Positions 22,991 through 33,178 of a stretch of 64,000 nucleotides of DNA are shown here, one piece after another (within the stretch, counting starts at the first letter, position 1; each line of letters starts with the position of its first letter). The stretch is taken from contig DASXFB010000107.1 of NCBI GenBank assembly GCA_036489815.1, positions 60,073 through 124,072 of the forward strand, given 5' to 3'. This DNA is from Terracidiphilus sp. (GTDB lineage: Bacteria > Acidobacteriota > Terriglobia > Terriglobales > Acidobacteriaceae). The notes under the pieces are model-generated. The model saw nothing but the letters and a program-made list of their open reading frames with translations, made no database searches and was not told the DNA's origin. The position numbers and the translations under genes are program-made.

Positions 22991-23650
22991 ATGAAGCCCG
23001 TGTCCGTAGTGGTTCTTGTCCTCGCTCTGGAATCAGCCCTGATCGGCGCTGCACAAACGCCGTCGGCGTCCAGGCCTTCCGTCTCCTCCACGCATGAGTC
23101 GTCCGCAGCCGCCCCTGCCGGTCCCGCCAAGGTGGCGGTCATCGCGTTTCAGGCTGCTGTCGGCCAGACCAACGAGTTTCAGCGCGATTTTGCCGACCTG
23201 CAGAAAAAGTACGATCCGAAACGCCAGCAGCTTAAAACGCTCTCCGACGAGATCGACAACCTGACCAAGCAGTTACAGGCGCAGGGCGCCACGCTGAGCG
23301 AGGAAGAGCGGCAGACCCGCGCGCGCACAATTGACGAAAAGAAGAAGCAGTTGGACCGCGATACCCAGGACGCGCAGGGCGATTTCCAAACGGACATGCA
23401 GGCTCTGCTGAATCGTCTCGCCTCCAAAGTAGGCGCGGTGATGACCGACTATGCCCAAAAGCATGGCTACACGGTGGTGCTGGATGCGAGCGAGCAGCAG
23501 CAGCAGGCCCCAACGGTGCTTTATGCGGTGCCGTCCAGCGACATCACCAAGGCCGTGATTGAGGCGTATAACACCAAGTCGGGCATCCCTGCTCCAGCTG
23601 CCGGCTCCGCGCCTGACGCGCCGTCTCCGCAACCCTCCTCCGCGCACTAA
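22991..23650 (+). CDS. skp: OmpH/Skp periplasmic chaperone, copy 1
   Basis: Signal peptide, KVAVIAFQ, coiled coil, GYTVVLD..DITKAVI; directly after bamA. Confidence 0.88.
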   Translation: MKPVSVVVLVLALESALIGAAQTPSASRPSVSSTHESSAAAPAGPAKVAVIAFQAAVGQTNEFQRDFADLQKKYDPKRQQLKTLSDEIDNLTKQLQAQGATLSEEERQTRARTIDEKKKQLDRDTQDAQGDFQTDMQALLNRLASKVGAVMTDYAQKHGYTVVLDASEQQQQAPTVLYAVPSSDITKAVIEAYNTKSGIPAPAAGSAPDAPSPQPSSAH

Positions 23651-23666
23651 GCACTCCGGACTTCCG

Positions 23667-23699
23667 GCCGAGACCCCGCGCCCGCGGGGTTTCGGCTTT
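23667..23699 (+). terminator. hairpin/terminator after skp copy 1
   Basis: GCCGAGACCCCGCG..CGCGGGGTTTCGGC then TTT. Confidence 0.6.
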
Positions 23700-23757
23700 G
23701 AACAACCGCCGAAACGCCTCGGCATGCCTGGCAAATTTACGGTTTCAGAACCGAAGA

Positions 23758-23782
23758 TGCCGTATAATCCTCCTAGTTCCTG
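23758..23782 (+). promoter_or_regulatory. putative -10 region of skp copy 2
   Basis: TGCCGTATAATC..TAGTTCCTG, same motif as at 22774. Confidence 0.55.
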
Positions 23783-23926
23783 CTGATGTCTCTTTCCGCA
23801 TCTTTTCTGTCTCTCGCCCACCTGGCGCGGAGTCTCCCATAAAAGACGGCGAGCTTTCTCAGGAGGCACAGGCTCGTGCGTCTAACCAGGAGCCGAATGG
23901 GAATTTCGAAGGAGTTTCAGATTCAC

Positions 23927-24580
23927 ATGAAGTGTTCGCTTGCAATCGCCGCTACGCTGGCCTCGGGCATGGTCCTGAGCGCCTCAGCCCAAACACCGGC
24001 CGTCTCGGCCGCGTCACCTTCCGCCGGCACAGCTACCGCTTCGGCCAGTCCCACCAAGATCGCCGTCATCGCTTTCCAGGTGGCCGTGGCCCAGACCAAT
24101 GAGGGTCAGCGCAACTTTGCCGATCTTCAGAAAAAGTTTGATCCCAAGCGTCAGCAGCTCAAGGCCCTCTCCGAGGAGATCGACGGCCTGACCAAGCAGT
24201 TGCAGACTCAGGGCGCCAGCCTGAGCGACGCCGAGCGCAGCGCCAGGAGCGGCGCGATCGACACCAAGAAGAAGCAGTTGGACCGCGATGCCGAAGACGC
24301 CCAAAGCGACTTCCAGCAGCAGATGCAGGACCTCTACAACGGCCTGGCGTCCAAAGTCTATGATGTGATGCAGTCCTACGCCGAAAAGGAAGGCTTCACG
24401 CTGGTACTCGACGTCTCGCAGCAGCAGTCGCCGGTGCTGTTCGCCAACAACAGCACCAATATCACCAAGCAGGTGATCGAAGCCTACAACGTGAAGTCCG
24501 GCATTCCGGCGCCTCCGCCGCAGGCCGATACGGATGCGCCCAGCCCTCTCGCGCCCGCTGCCAAGCCTGCCGGTCACTAA
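23927..24580 (+). CDS. skp: OmpH/Skp periplasmic chaperone, copy 2
   Basis: Clear paralogue of 22991..23650 (AVIAFQ.AV.QTNE.QR.FADLQKK.DPKRQQLK); AAGGAG RBS. Confidence 0.9.
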   Translation: MKCSLAIAATLASGMVLSASAQTPAVSAASPSAGTATASASPTKIAVIAFQVAVAQTNEGQRNFADLQKKFDPKRQQLKALSEEIDGLTKQLQTQGASLSDAERSARSGAIDTKKKQLDRDAEDAQSDFQQQMQDLYNGLASKVYDVMQSYAEKEGFTLVLDVSQQQSPVLFANNSTNITKQVIEAYNVKSGIPAPPPQADTDAPSPLAPAAKPAGH

Positions 24581-24602
24581 GGGAAAATACCAGCTTCTTA
24601 CA

Positions 24603-24641
24603 GGCACAAGACCCCAGCCAAATGGGGTTTTGTGCCTTTAT
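24603..24641 (+). terminator. intrinsic terminator after skp copy 2
   Basis: GGCACAAGACCCCA..TGGGGTTTTGTGCC followed by TTTATTT. Confidence 0.7.
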
Positions 24642-24961
24642 TTGAGCCAATTAAAAGAAGAAGCCAAAAGGTTGCCTTGAGCCAGGATGCCAGTTTCGTC
24701 GCTTTTCAGCTGTTTCTGTGGAAAAAATTGTGGATCGCTTCCGGAAACGCAACGACTTTGGGCCAATTTCTCCTCTTGCCAATGGCGCGCACCTTCTGAT
24801 AGGCGGGCTAAACCCTTGTATATCAATAGGAAATTAGGGGATTCGATCCGGCACTCCGGGGCGACCTCGGGGATTCCCATGCCCCTGCGCGTCTGGCAGG
24901 TTTCCACAACCCACTATGAAGATTCCATGACGAAGGTATCAAGTCAGGCAAGGGCCCGGTA

Positions 24962-26773
24962 TCACTTCTGCTGGTCCTCGCCCACCCGCAGCACGGCCAG
25001 AAAGGCTTCTTGCGGGATGTCGACCTTCCCAATCCGTTTCATCCGTTTCTTGCCTTCCTTTTGCTTCTCCAGGAGCTTCCGCTTACGGCTGATGTCGCCG
25101 CCGTAGCACTTGGCCAGGACGTTCTTGCGCAGCGCGCTTACCGTCTCGCGCGCCACGACCTTGGCGCCGATGGCCGCCTGGATGGCGACTTCGAACTGCT
25201 GGCGCGGGATCAGCTCGCGCATCTTCGAGACCAACGCCCGGCCGCGCTCGTAGGCATGGTCCTTATGCACGATGATCGAGAGCGCGTCCACCGGCTCGCC
25301 GGACACCAGCACGTCCAGCTTCACCATGGGCGATATCCACTCGCCCGCGAGCTGATAATCGAGCGAAGCATAGCCGCGGGAGATCGATTTGAGCCGGTCG
25401 TAGAAGTCGAGCACAATCTCGTTCAGCGGCAGCTCGTAGGTGAGCATCACCCGCGTGGGTGTTACGTATTCAAAGTTGATCTGCTTGCCGCGCTTTTCCT
25501 CGACCAGCTTCAGGATCCCGCCGACATATTCCTCATTGGTAAGAATCTTTGCCGTGATGACGGGCTCGCGGATGGATTCAATGTTGGTGGGTTCCGGCCA
25601 GCGCGAGGGATTGTCGACCTCCAGCACCGTCCCGTCCGTCAGCGTTATGTGATAGCGCACGCCCGGAGCGGTCGTAATCAGGTCCAGCTCGTACTCGCGC
25701 TCCAGCCGTTCCTGGATGATCTCCATGTGCAGCAGGCCCAGAAAGCCGCAGCGGAACCCGAAGCCCAGCGCCACGGAGCTTTCCGGCTCGAAGAAGAAGG
25801 ATGAGTCATTGAGCCGCAGCTTTTCGAGGGCGTCGCGCAGCAGCGTGTGCTCGTGCGAGTCCACCGTATAGAGGCCGGAAAAGACCATCGGCTTGATGTC
25901 TTCAAAGCCGGGCAGCTGCTCGGTGGCCGGACGCGCATCGTCGGTGACGGTATCGCCGATTTTGGTGTCGCCTACGTTTTTGATGGTCGCCGCGAAGAAT
26001 CCGACTTCACCCGCCGTGAGCTGGCCGATCTCGACCGGCTTCGGCATCAACACGCCCATGGAGTCCACGTCGAAGGGCTTGCCGTTCGACATGAACCGGA
26101 TCCGCTGGCCCTTGCGCATGGTCCCTTGCATCACGCGCACCAGCACGATGACTCCGCGGTAGGCGTCGAACCATGAGTCGAAGATGAGCGCCCGCAGCGG
26201 TGCATCGGGATCGCCGGTGGGAGGAGGAAGCCGGTGCACGATGGCTTCGAGCACTTCGGCCACCCCCTGGCCAGTCTTCGCGCTCACTGGAATGGCGTCG
26301 GTCGCGTCCAGTCCGACCGCCTGCTCGATGGCCTCCTGAGTCCGCGTGATATCGGCCGACGGCAGGTCAATCTTGTTGATCACCGGAATGATCTCGAGGC
26401 CGTGATGGATGGCCAGGTAGGCATTGGCCAGCGTCTGCGCCTCTACGCCCTGGCTTGCGTCCACCACCAGCAGCGCGCCCTCGCAGGAGGCCAGCGAGCG
26501 CGAGACCTCGTAGCTGAAGTCCACGTGGCCGGGCGTGTCGATCAGGTTGAGCTGATAGGTATGGCCGTCCTGCGCCTTGTACATCATGCGCACGGCGTGC
26601 GCCTTGATGGTGATGCCGCGCTCCCGCTCCAGATCCATGTCATCCAGGATCTGGGCCTGCATCTCGCGGCCCGTCACCGAGCCGGTGAACTCCAGCAGAC
26701 GGTCGCTCAGTGTCGACTTGCCGTGGTCGATGTGGGCAATGATGGCGAAGTTGCGAAGAAAGCGTGCGTCCAT
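24962..26773 (-). CDS. lepA: translation elongation factor 4
   Basis: [59 protein letters not shown]. Confidence 0.98.
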   Translation of the reverse strand: MDARFLRNFAIIAHIDHGKSTLSDRLLEFTGSVTGREMQAQILDDMDLERERGITIKAHAVRMMYKAQDGHTYQLNLIDTPGHVDFSYEVSRSLASCEGALLVVDASQGVEAQTLANAYLAIHHGLEIIPVINKIDLPSADITRTQEAIEQAVGLDATDAIPVSAKTGQGVAEVLEAIVHRLPPPTGDPDAPLRALIFDSWFDAYRGVIVLVRVMQGTMRKGQRIRFMSNGKPFDVDSMGVLMPKPVEIGQLTAGEVGFFAATIKNVGDTKIGDTVTDDARPATEQLPGFEDIKPMVFSGLYTVDSHEHTLLRDALEKLRLNDSSFFFEPESSVALGFGFRCGFLGLLHMEIIQERLEREYELDLITTAPGVRYHITLTDGTVLEVDNPSRWPEPTNIESIREPVITAKILTNEEYVGGILKLVEEKRGKQINFEYVTPTRVMLTYELPLNEIVLDFYDRLKSISRGYASLDYQLAGEWISPMVKLDVLVSGEPVDALSIIVHKDHAYERGRALVSKMRELIPRQQFEVAIQAAIGAKVVARETVSALRKNVLAKCYGGDISRKRKLLEKQKEGKKRMKRIGKVDIPQEAFLAVLRVGEDQQK

Positions 26774-26895
26774 GAAATTGGAAGATAAAGGAGTTAGCGC
26801 ATCGGTATGCGCAGGGCTCCATGGCATAGCTTATCATCGGCATAGTGTTCTCGCCGGTCTCACACTCGCCAGGGCGGTTGCGTCTTATCTTATGT

Positions 26896-28791
26896 ATGCA
26901 GCGCAATCCACCCTTATCGGGAGCCCTGCTTCCGAGTGCCATTTTGCTTGCGGCCTGGTTCCTGGCCGGCTGCGGTCCGTCCCCTTCGAAGAGCCTGCCG
27001 GCGAGCAAGCCACCGCAGGCGACTGCACCTGCGTTGCAAGCTCCCGCCGCATCCGCACCGGCGGTTGCCTCCGCGACGCCCACGCTTTCCGCCGCCGAAC
27101 AGCAAAAGGTGCGCCAGCTCATTCAGAAGGTCGAAGGGGCCTATGCCCGCGGCGATGCCGACTATCGCAAGGGCATGCTGGCCGAGGCCAAGGTCGAGTT
27201 CGACGGAGCCGTCGATCTGATGCTCTCAAGCGGTCTCGACATCCGCGGCAACGCGCAGCTCTCCGACGAGTTCGACCACATCGTCGACAAGGTGAACGGC
27301 CTGGAGATGGAGGCTCTCAAGCAGGGCAACGGCTTCGTACCGCATGTGGAGCCGACGCCGGCCGACGTGGCCAGCGATGTGACGTTTGCGGTCGACCCGA
27401 ATCTCGTGGCCAAGGCGACCGCCGAGTTGGCGACCACCAAGTCCGACCTTCCCCTGGTGATGAACGACTATGTAGCCGCCTTCATCAACTTCTTCGCCTA
27501 CTCGCAGCGCGGCCATGCCACGCTGTTGCATTCCTTCGAGCGGGCCGGCCGCTATCGGGCCATGATTCAGCGCGTGATGGCCGAAGAGGGAGTGCCGCAG
27601 GATCTCATCTACCTGGCGGTAGCGGAATCAGGCTTTCAGCCCCGCGCCGTCAACCGCGGCTCTCGCGCCGGCGGCATCTGGCAGTTCATGCCCTACGGCG
27701 ACTACGGGCTCACCCGCAACAGCTACGTCGACGAACGATTCGACCCTGAGAAGTCCACGCGCGCCTATGCCCGCTATATGAAGTACCTCTATAGCCAGCT
27801 CGGCGACTGGTACCTGGCGATGGCCGCCTACGACTGGGGCGCCGGCAACGTGCAGCGGGCCGTGGAAAAGACCGGCTATGCCGATTTCTGGGAGCTCTAT
27901 AAGCGCCATAATCTGCCCGCCGAGACCCAGAATTACGTCCCCGAAATTCTCGCCGCCATCATCATCGCCAATCATCCCACGCAGTACGGGTTCGATGAGG
28001 TGACCCTGGATCTGCCCGTGCTCACCGATACGGTGTCTATCAACTACTCGATCGATCTGCGCCTGGTCTCTGACCTAGTGGGCGCGCCGGTGGACGAGCT
28101 GGAGGCGCTGAATCCGAGCTTGCTGCACATGAGCACGCCGCCGGACTCTCCCTTCGATCTCCATCTTCCCGCCGGCACCGCCACGCTGTTCGATCAACGG
28201 ATCGCAGGCATTCCCGAGTCGAAGCGCAACTCCTGGCGCTATCATCTGGTCTCCGCCGGGGACACCGTGGATTCAGTGGCGCGGGAATATCGCGTACAGC
28301 CGGCAGAACTGGCCGCAGCCAACCAGCTTGCTGCAAACGACAGCTTGCAGGGAGTGGAAGCGCTGGTGGTTCCGGTTGCTCCTGAAGCCGCGCCGTCTGG
28401 GCGCCGGGTGCTCTACACGGTGCGCCGCGGCGATACACTCGTCACCATCGCAGACCGTTTCGGCGTCTCGCTGGCGGAACTGCGACGCTGGAACAATGTA
28501 ACCGGCACTCACGTCGAGCCGGGCCGCCGGCTCCATGTGGCCGAGCCTGCGCTTGTGAGGCATGCATCGGGCAGGAGCAGCCGCCGCCGTCATTCCTCGG
28601 CAGCCGCCGGATCGTCGAAAACGGCATCTTCGGCGAGGAGTGGCCGCGCACTCGCGGCAGACAAGAAACCGCAATCGGCGGGGAAAACCTCTCACAAAAA
28701 GAGCGGGTCTACCAGCCACTCGGCGCGCCACGCATCGAGCTCTTCCTCGCACAAGAGCGCTGATCTCGCGAAGAGTCCATCGCAGAGGTGA
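26896..28791 (+). CDS. lytic transglycosylase lipoprotein with LysM domains (MltD-like)
   Basis: Lipobox LAGC, LAVAESG catalytic motif, GIWQFM, ETQNYVP, YTVRRGDTL..IA LysM; basic Ser/Lys tail. Confidence 0.9.
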   Translation: MQRNPPLSGALLPSAILLAAWFLAGCGPSPSKSLPASKPPQATAPALQAPAASAPAVASATPTLSAAEQQKVRQLIQKVEGAYARGDADYRKGMLAEAKVEFDGAVDLMLSSGLDIRGNAQLSDEFDHIVDKVNGLEMEALKQGNGFVPHVEPTPADVASDVTFAVDPNLVAKATAELATTKSDLPLVMNDYVAAFINFFAYSQRGHATLLHSFERAGRYRAMIQRVMAEEGVPQDLIYLAVAESGFQPRAVNRGSRAGGIWQFMPYGDYGLTRNSYVDERFDPEKSTRAYARYMKYLYSQLGDWYLAMAAYDWGAGNVQRAVEKTGYADFWELYKRHNLPAETQNYVPEILAAIIIANHPTQYGFDEVTLDLPVLTDTVSINYSIDLRLVSDLVGAPVDELEALNPSLLHMSTPPDSPFDLHLPAGTATLFDQRIAGIPESKRNSWRYHLVSAGDTVDSVAREYRVQPAELAAANQLAANDSLQGVEALVVPVAPEAAPSGRRVLYTVRRGDTLVTIADRFGVSLAELRRWNNVTGTHVEPGRRLHVAEPALVRHASGRSSRRRHSSAAAGSSKTASSARSGRALAADKKPQSAGKTSHKKSGSTSHSARHASSSSSHKSADLAKSPSQR

Positions 28792-28945
28792 AAAATTTCA
28801 GCCCATCGCATTACTTGCTTGTCTTTTGCTGGTTTTTGTGTGCAAGCTATAGCTACAATAACTTCCACACATCGGAGTCCTTGTTTTCGTTCGATGTGTG
28901 AGTAACTCAAAACCAGGGCAGCGGCGAGCCGCTGGAGGCAATCGG

Positions 28946-29485
28946 ATGGATGACGTATTCAGGATGTACGCGATGAGTGCCGGCGATCCCACCGGGGAGC
29001 CGGATGAACTGGATCCCGATGGGATCGGTGGTTTGAGGGACGATGATGAAGATGAGATCGAAACTGCCGGCATCCATACTTCATCGGACGACGATGATGT
29101 AGAGGTTGAAGACACCGTGATCGCTGCCGTGCAGTCAAGTGCACCCAAACCCACGAAAGCCCCGCCCAAAGCAGTCAAGCCTGCCCCCGCCAAGAAAGCG
29201 GCTGCCGCCAAGGCTCCCGCGAAGGCTGCGGCGAAAAAAGCTCCTGCCAAAAAGGCAGCGAAGAAAGCTCCTGCCAAGAAGACGGCCAAGAAGGCAATAA
29301 AGAAGACAGTAAAAAAGGCAGCCAAAAAGGCGCCGGCGAAGAAAGCGGCCAAGAAGGCAGCCAAAAGAACCGCCAAGAAAGCCCCCGCCAAGAAGGCCGC
29401 GAAGAAGGCTTCAACCAAGAAGGCAGCCAAAAAGGCGCCTGCAAAGAAGTCGGCCAAGAAGGCTATCAGGAAGAGAAAGAAATAG
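28946..29485 (+). CDS. histone H1-like Lys/Ala-repeat protein with acidic N-terminus
   Basis: GGAGG RBS; D/E-rich first ~55 aa, then many (P)AKKA repeats; strong terminator follows. Confidence 0.8.
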   Translation: MDDVFRMYAMSAGDPTGEPDELDPDGIGGLRDDDEDEIETAGIHTSSDDDDVEVEDTVIAAVQSSAPKPTKAPPKAVKPAPAKKAAAAKAPAKAAAKKAPAKKAAKKAPAKKTAKKAIKKTVKKAAKKAPAKKAAKKAAKRTAKKAPAKKAAKKASTKKAAKKAPAKKSAKKAIRKRKK

Positions 29486-29497
29486 GTTTTCGAGGCA

Positions 29498-29530
29498 GCA
29501 AAAAAGTCCGCCGCGGCGGACTTTTTTTGC
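29498..29530. terminator. bidirectional intrinsic terminator
   Basis: GCAAAAAAGTCCGCCGCGGCGGACTTTTTTTGC between convergent genes. Confidence 0.85.
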
Positions 29531-29556
29531 GCCCGCATCTGGGCGGTTGGTTGCCG

Positions 29557-30015
29557 CTACTCCGTGGCCCCGTCCGAAGCAATCTGCCCCAGATGCCATC
29601 TCTGATGCGCAAGGTAGTCGTCGATGAGAAACCGCAGCGTCACCGGCGCATCCTTGCCGATGACGCACCGGGCCCCCAGCCGCTCCTCAGGAATCTCGTC
29701 CACGACGGCGGCGAGGAGCTCATGCTGCACCTCCCACCAATGCAACAGAGTTTGCCACGGACGGCGGGCGTAACCGTGCGCCGCAACCCACGCTTCCTGG
29801 GCATACTTCGGCCCGGCGTACCGGCCTTCCGCGGCGGCGCGCACAAACCGCTGCCGGTTGTTGGCCGCTGAATCCATCATGTGCCCGATGATCTGCTTCC
29901 GCGTCCAGCCGCCCGCGCGCCAGGGCACGTTTGCCAGGTCGGCAGGAACAGCGTGCAGCCCGGTTCGCACCTGACTCAGCTCGGCGCGGAATCGCCGTGC
30001 AAGCTCTGTCAGCAT
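29557..30015 (-). CDS. DinB family protein
   Basis: WTRKQIIGHMMDS..NNRQRF, DYLAHQRWHL His pattern; start could be 30033. Confidence 0.85.
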   Translation of the reverse strand: MLTELARRFRAELSQVRTGLHAVPADLANVPWRAGGWTRKQIIGHMMDSAANNRQRFVRAAAEGRYAGPKYAQEAWVAAHGYARRPWQTLLHWWEVQHELLAAVVDEIPEERLGARCVIGKDAPVTLRFLIDDYLAHQRWHLGQIASDGATE

Positions 30016-30132
30016 CCATTCTCCCCGAGGCATGTGAGAGATGAGCGGGCTCCGCTCGCGCGGAGCCATCGCGTGCAGCGATCGCGCTCAGGCGGAGATC
30101 CTGCTTGCGGCCCCCGCGCTTATTTCCAAGCG

Positions 30133-30708
30133 CTATTTCACTGTGCCGCTGAGCCCTGTCGGCGCGGGGATGGAAGCGGTTCCTCCCGGAATCGCATCCA
30201 GCACCGAAGACGCGGCCGTGGCCGGGTTTACCTTCACCCACACCTGCGCGATTTTGCCCTGCGGGTTGATGAGAAACGTGTTCCGGTTCGCGATGCTGAC
30301 GCCGTTGTAGTTGCCCAGCGATCCGTACGCCGTCACCACCGAGTGGCTCGTATCCGAGAGCAGGTGGAAGGTCAGCCCATCCTTGGCGCAGAATTGCTTG
30401 TGGCTATCGGTCGAGTCGACGCTCACGCCCAGAATTACAGCATTCTTGGCCGCGAAATCAGCTTGGGCGTTCTGAAAATTGTGTGCTTCGATGGTGCAGC
30501 CCGTCGTCATGTCTTTGGGATAGAAGTAGAGCACCACCCACTTGCCGCGGTACTGGTCCAGCGAGATCGGCGTGCCCTCCTGGGAGGGCAAGGTGAATGC
30601 AGGCGCGTTCTGGCCTGCCTGGGGCATCGTATCGTCCGCCATGAGCCTGGCGGAAGGGAGCGCGGCCACGACTGCTACGGCCAGGGCAATGAGAGCATAT
30701 TTCTTCAT
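30133..30708 (-). CDS. bcp: exported peroxiredoxin (Bcp/PrxQ family)
   Basis: VVLYFYPKDMTTGCTIEA active-site motif; signal peptide MKKYALIALAVAVVAA; AGGAGG RBS. Confidence 0.88.
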   Translation of the reverse strand: MKKYALIALAVAVVAALPSARLMADDTMPQAGQNAPAFTLPSQEGTPISLDQYRGKWVVLYFYPKDMTTGCTIEAHNFQNAQADFAAKNAVILGVSVDSTDSHKQFCAKDGLTFHLLSDTSHSVVTAYGSLGNYNGVSIANRNTFLINPQGKIAQVWVKVNPATAASSVLDAIPGGTASIPAPTGLSGTVK

Positions 30709-30816
30709 GGAAAACCTCCTGAACAACGCGGGACCCGGGTTGAGAGTACGAGCAAAAGAGGAAGCGGGACGGACGCTGCAGCAGCGGGAGTTTCTTCCCA
30801 AACCGCTTCAACAGTA

Positions 30817-31689
30817 TCAGCGCGGAGCCGCCACAATGGCAATGCCCGCCTCGGCAGCACGCTCGAGCAGCCCCTCACGGTCCAATAAAAGCGTACGCCC
30901 CGCTTCAAGGGAAAGACAACTGGCGCCGGCGCGGATCATGGCGTCCACTGTCGCCACGCCGATCACCGGCACGTCGAAGCGCATATCCTGGTTGGGCTTG
31001 GCCACCTTGATGACGGTCAGTCGTCGGGCGAGGATGGAAGGCTCCGCCACGGTGTTGACCTGGGCGTCGTCTTCGAGCGAACGCATGAGCCGGCCGGCGC
31101 GCTCGATCGTGGCATCGGTGCCCTCCATCGCCTCCACGGCCACGCAGGCCTGCGCGGCCACCACCACGGTCTGCCCAATGTCGAACCCGGCCACAGCCCT
31201 TGCCACGCCCAGCCCATATTCGATATTCCTGCGCTCTTCCTCGTCTGGCGCGCGTCCGGTGAGGACGCCTTCGGGGGCCAGCAGGGGCTCCAGGAATTCC
31301 GTCGAGCTGATCAGCTCGATGCCCTCGTCACCGAGCACTTTGGCCACCGCGCCCAGAAGCATGTCGGTATTCCGCGTGCGCAGGTTGAGCAGCAACTTGG
31401 CCAGCCGCCAGTCCGGCCGGATGGAACTGAAGATCTGTTTGTGCTTCACCTGGCCGGCCATCACCGCCTTGCGGACGCCTTCTTTCTGAAAGGTCTCGAT
31501 GAGCCGCGACAGCTCGCCGAGCGAAAGCCAGTAGACCCGCACTCCCGCATCGGCCTCCGCGCGCCGGCTCATCTCCGGGTCGGTTTCTTCTTTGATGGCC
31601 GCGACGACGACGGCCTGCCCCTGCGCCCGCGCCGCATCGAGCAGCAGGAAAGGGAAGCGGCCATTGCCGGCGATCAGGCCGAGTTTCAT
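30817..31689 (-). CDS. lpxI: UDP-2,3-diacylglucosamine diphosphatase LpxI
   Basis: LGLIAGNGRFP, DIGQTVVV, EAMEGTD, KPNQDMRFDVPVIG; follows lpxA. Confidence 0.92.
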   Translation of the reverse strand: MKLGLIAGNGRFPFLLLDAARAQGQAVVVAAIKEETDPEMSRRAEADAGVRVYWLSLGELSRLIETFQKEGVRKAVMAGQVKHKQIFSSIRPDWRLAKLLLNLRTRNTDMLLGAVAKVLGDEGIELISSTEFLEPLLAPEGVLTGRAPDEEERRNIEYGLGVARAVAGFDIGQTVVVAAQACVAVEAMEGTDATIERAGRLMRSLEDDAQVNTVAEPSILARRLTVIKVAKPNQDMRFDVPVIGVATVDAMIRAGASCLSLEAGRTLLLDREGLLERAAEAGIAIVAAPR

Positions 31690-31691
31690 GG

Positions 31692-32462
31692 CTACTTGAT
31701 CACCCCGCGCCGGCTGCGTTCAATGAAGGCCACCAGCAGGGCCACGTCCCCGCCTTCCAGCGTCCGCATTTTTTCGACTGCCTGCGCGGTATTCATCTTC
31801 GCGGCCAACAGCAGCCGGTAGGCCTTCTGCAGCGTCTGCAGCCGCTCGGCCGAAAAGCCACGCCTTTCCAGGCCGACTTTGTTAATGCCGAAGGCTTTGT
31901 TCTCGCGCCGCGCGGAGGTTAGCGAAAACGGCAGCACATCCTGGGTCACGATGGTACCGCCGCCGACGAATGCGTACGCGCCCACCACGCAATGCTGGTG
32001 CACCGGGCAGAAGGCGCCCAAGGTGACATGATCCTCCACCGTCACGTGCCCAGCCAGCGTGGCCGCGTTGGCCAGGATGCAATAGCTCCCCACCCGGCTG
32101 TCGTGCCCGATGTGTACTGAGGTCATCAGCAGGCAATGAGAGCCCACCTGGGTCACGCCGCCCCCGCCCACCGTGCCCCGGCTGATGGTCACGCTTTCCC
32201 GGATCGTGTTGTCATCGCCAAGAAGGGTTTCGGTCGGCTCGCCTTTATATTTGAGGTCCTGCGGCGCTACGCCGACGGAGCAGAAAGGGTAAAACAGATT
32301 CCGTGCCCCGATCCGCGTGTGGCCGTCGAGCACCACATGCGAGATGAGCCTGCACTCTTCGCCCAGCACCACCTCAGGCCCGATGGTGCAAAACGGGCCC
32401 ACCGTGCACGACTCCGGAACCACCGCTCCCGGAGCAATCACCGCGCTCGGATGAACGCTCAC
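31692..32462 (-). CDS. lpxA: UDP-N-acetylglucosamine acyltransferase
   Basis: Hexapeptide repeats, PQDLKYKGE, HIGHD, LAGHV, GINKVGLERRGF. Confidence 0.96.
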   Translation of the reverse strand: MSVHPSAVIAPGAVVPESCTVGPFCTIGPEVVLGEECRLISHVVLDGHTRIGARNLFYPFCSVGVAPQDLKYKGEPTETLLGDDNTIRESVTISRGTVGGGGVTQVGSHCLLMTSVHIGHDSRVGSYCILANAATLAGHVTVEDHVTLGAFCPVHQHCVVGAYAFVGGGTIVTQDVLPFSLTSARRENKAFGINKVGLERRGFSAERLQTLQKAYRLLLAAKMNTAQAVEKMRTLEGGDVALLVAFIERSRRGVIK

Positions 32463-32956
32463 TCGACCCCCGCATCCTCAGGCGGCGCGGCCGGCTCATC
32501 GCTAGGCGCGCGCCGCTCCCGTTCCCGCGGCACCACCTGGCAGGTCAACGTGGCCTCGCAGGCAAGCTTGCCGTCCACCGTCGCACGGCCGGCAATACGC
32601 CCGGCCCGCGTGCGGAACGACAGCACATCCACTTCGATTCGCAACTGATCGCCCGGCGTCACCGGCCGGCGGAACTTCGCGCGCTCGATGCCCGTAAACA
32701 CCACCAGCTTTTTGTCGCGATCGGCAAGCTCGGCCATCATGATCATGCCGCCGGCCTGGGCCATCGCCTCGATCACCAGCACGCCGGGCATGATCGGATA
32801 GCCGGGAAAATGCCCCTGAAAAAACGGTTCGTTGATGGTGACATTTTTGATCGCCACCAGCCGCTTGGCAGGTTCGAACTCCACAACCCTATCAATCAGG
32901 AGAAACGGATAGCGGTGAGGGAGGAACTCCAGGATCTCCTGGATGGAAAACGTCAT
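32459..32956 (-). CDS. fabZ: 3-hydroxyacyl-ACP dehydratase
   Basis: [34 protein letters not shown]. Confidence 0.97.
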   Translation of the reverse strand: MTFSIQEILEFLPHRYPFLLIDRVVEFEPAKRLVAIKNVTINEPFFQGHFPGYPIMPGVLVIEAMAQAGGMIMMAELADRDKKLVVFTGIERAKFRRPVTPGDQLRIEVDVLSFRTRAGRIAGRATVDGKLACEATLTCQVVPRERERRAPSDEPAAPPEDAGVE

Positions 32957-33178
32957 TCTTTCGTCTCCAGACAAGCGCGGCCACAACATGGGGCCGCTCC
33001 GCGCTCCACTGGATTATAAACAGAGGGCGTCTGCCCGATTGCGTGAGAACCCGCGCATAGCGGGAAGAGGGCGCCCGATTCCCCGCGTCCTCGCATTTGC
33101 GGCTACGGTGCGATATCGATATCTAAAAGGTCTTCCTTCATCGTTCCGATAAACCGGAAACGAGCCCACTCGTTCCCG

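Noticed and set aside
19383-23054. 1223-aa ORF on the minus strand
   Set aside because: Antisense shadow of bamA; such shadows are expected from high-GC codon bias and it has no recognisable motifs
28798-29538. 246-aa Phe/Leu/Ala-rich 'membrane protein' on the minus strand
   Set aside because: It is the reverse complement of the Lys/Ala repeats of the histone-like gene
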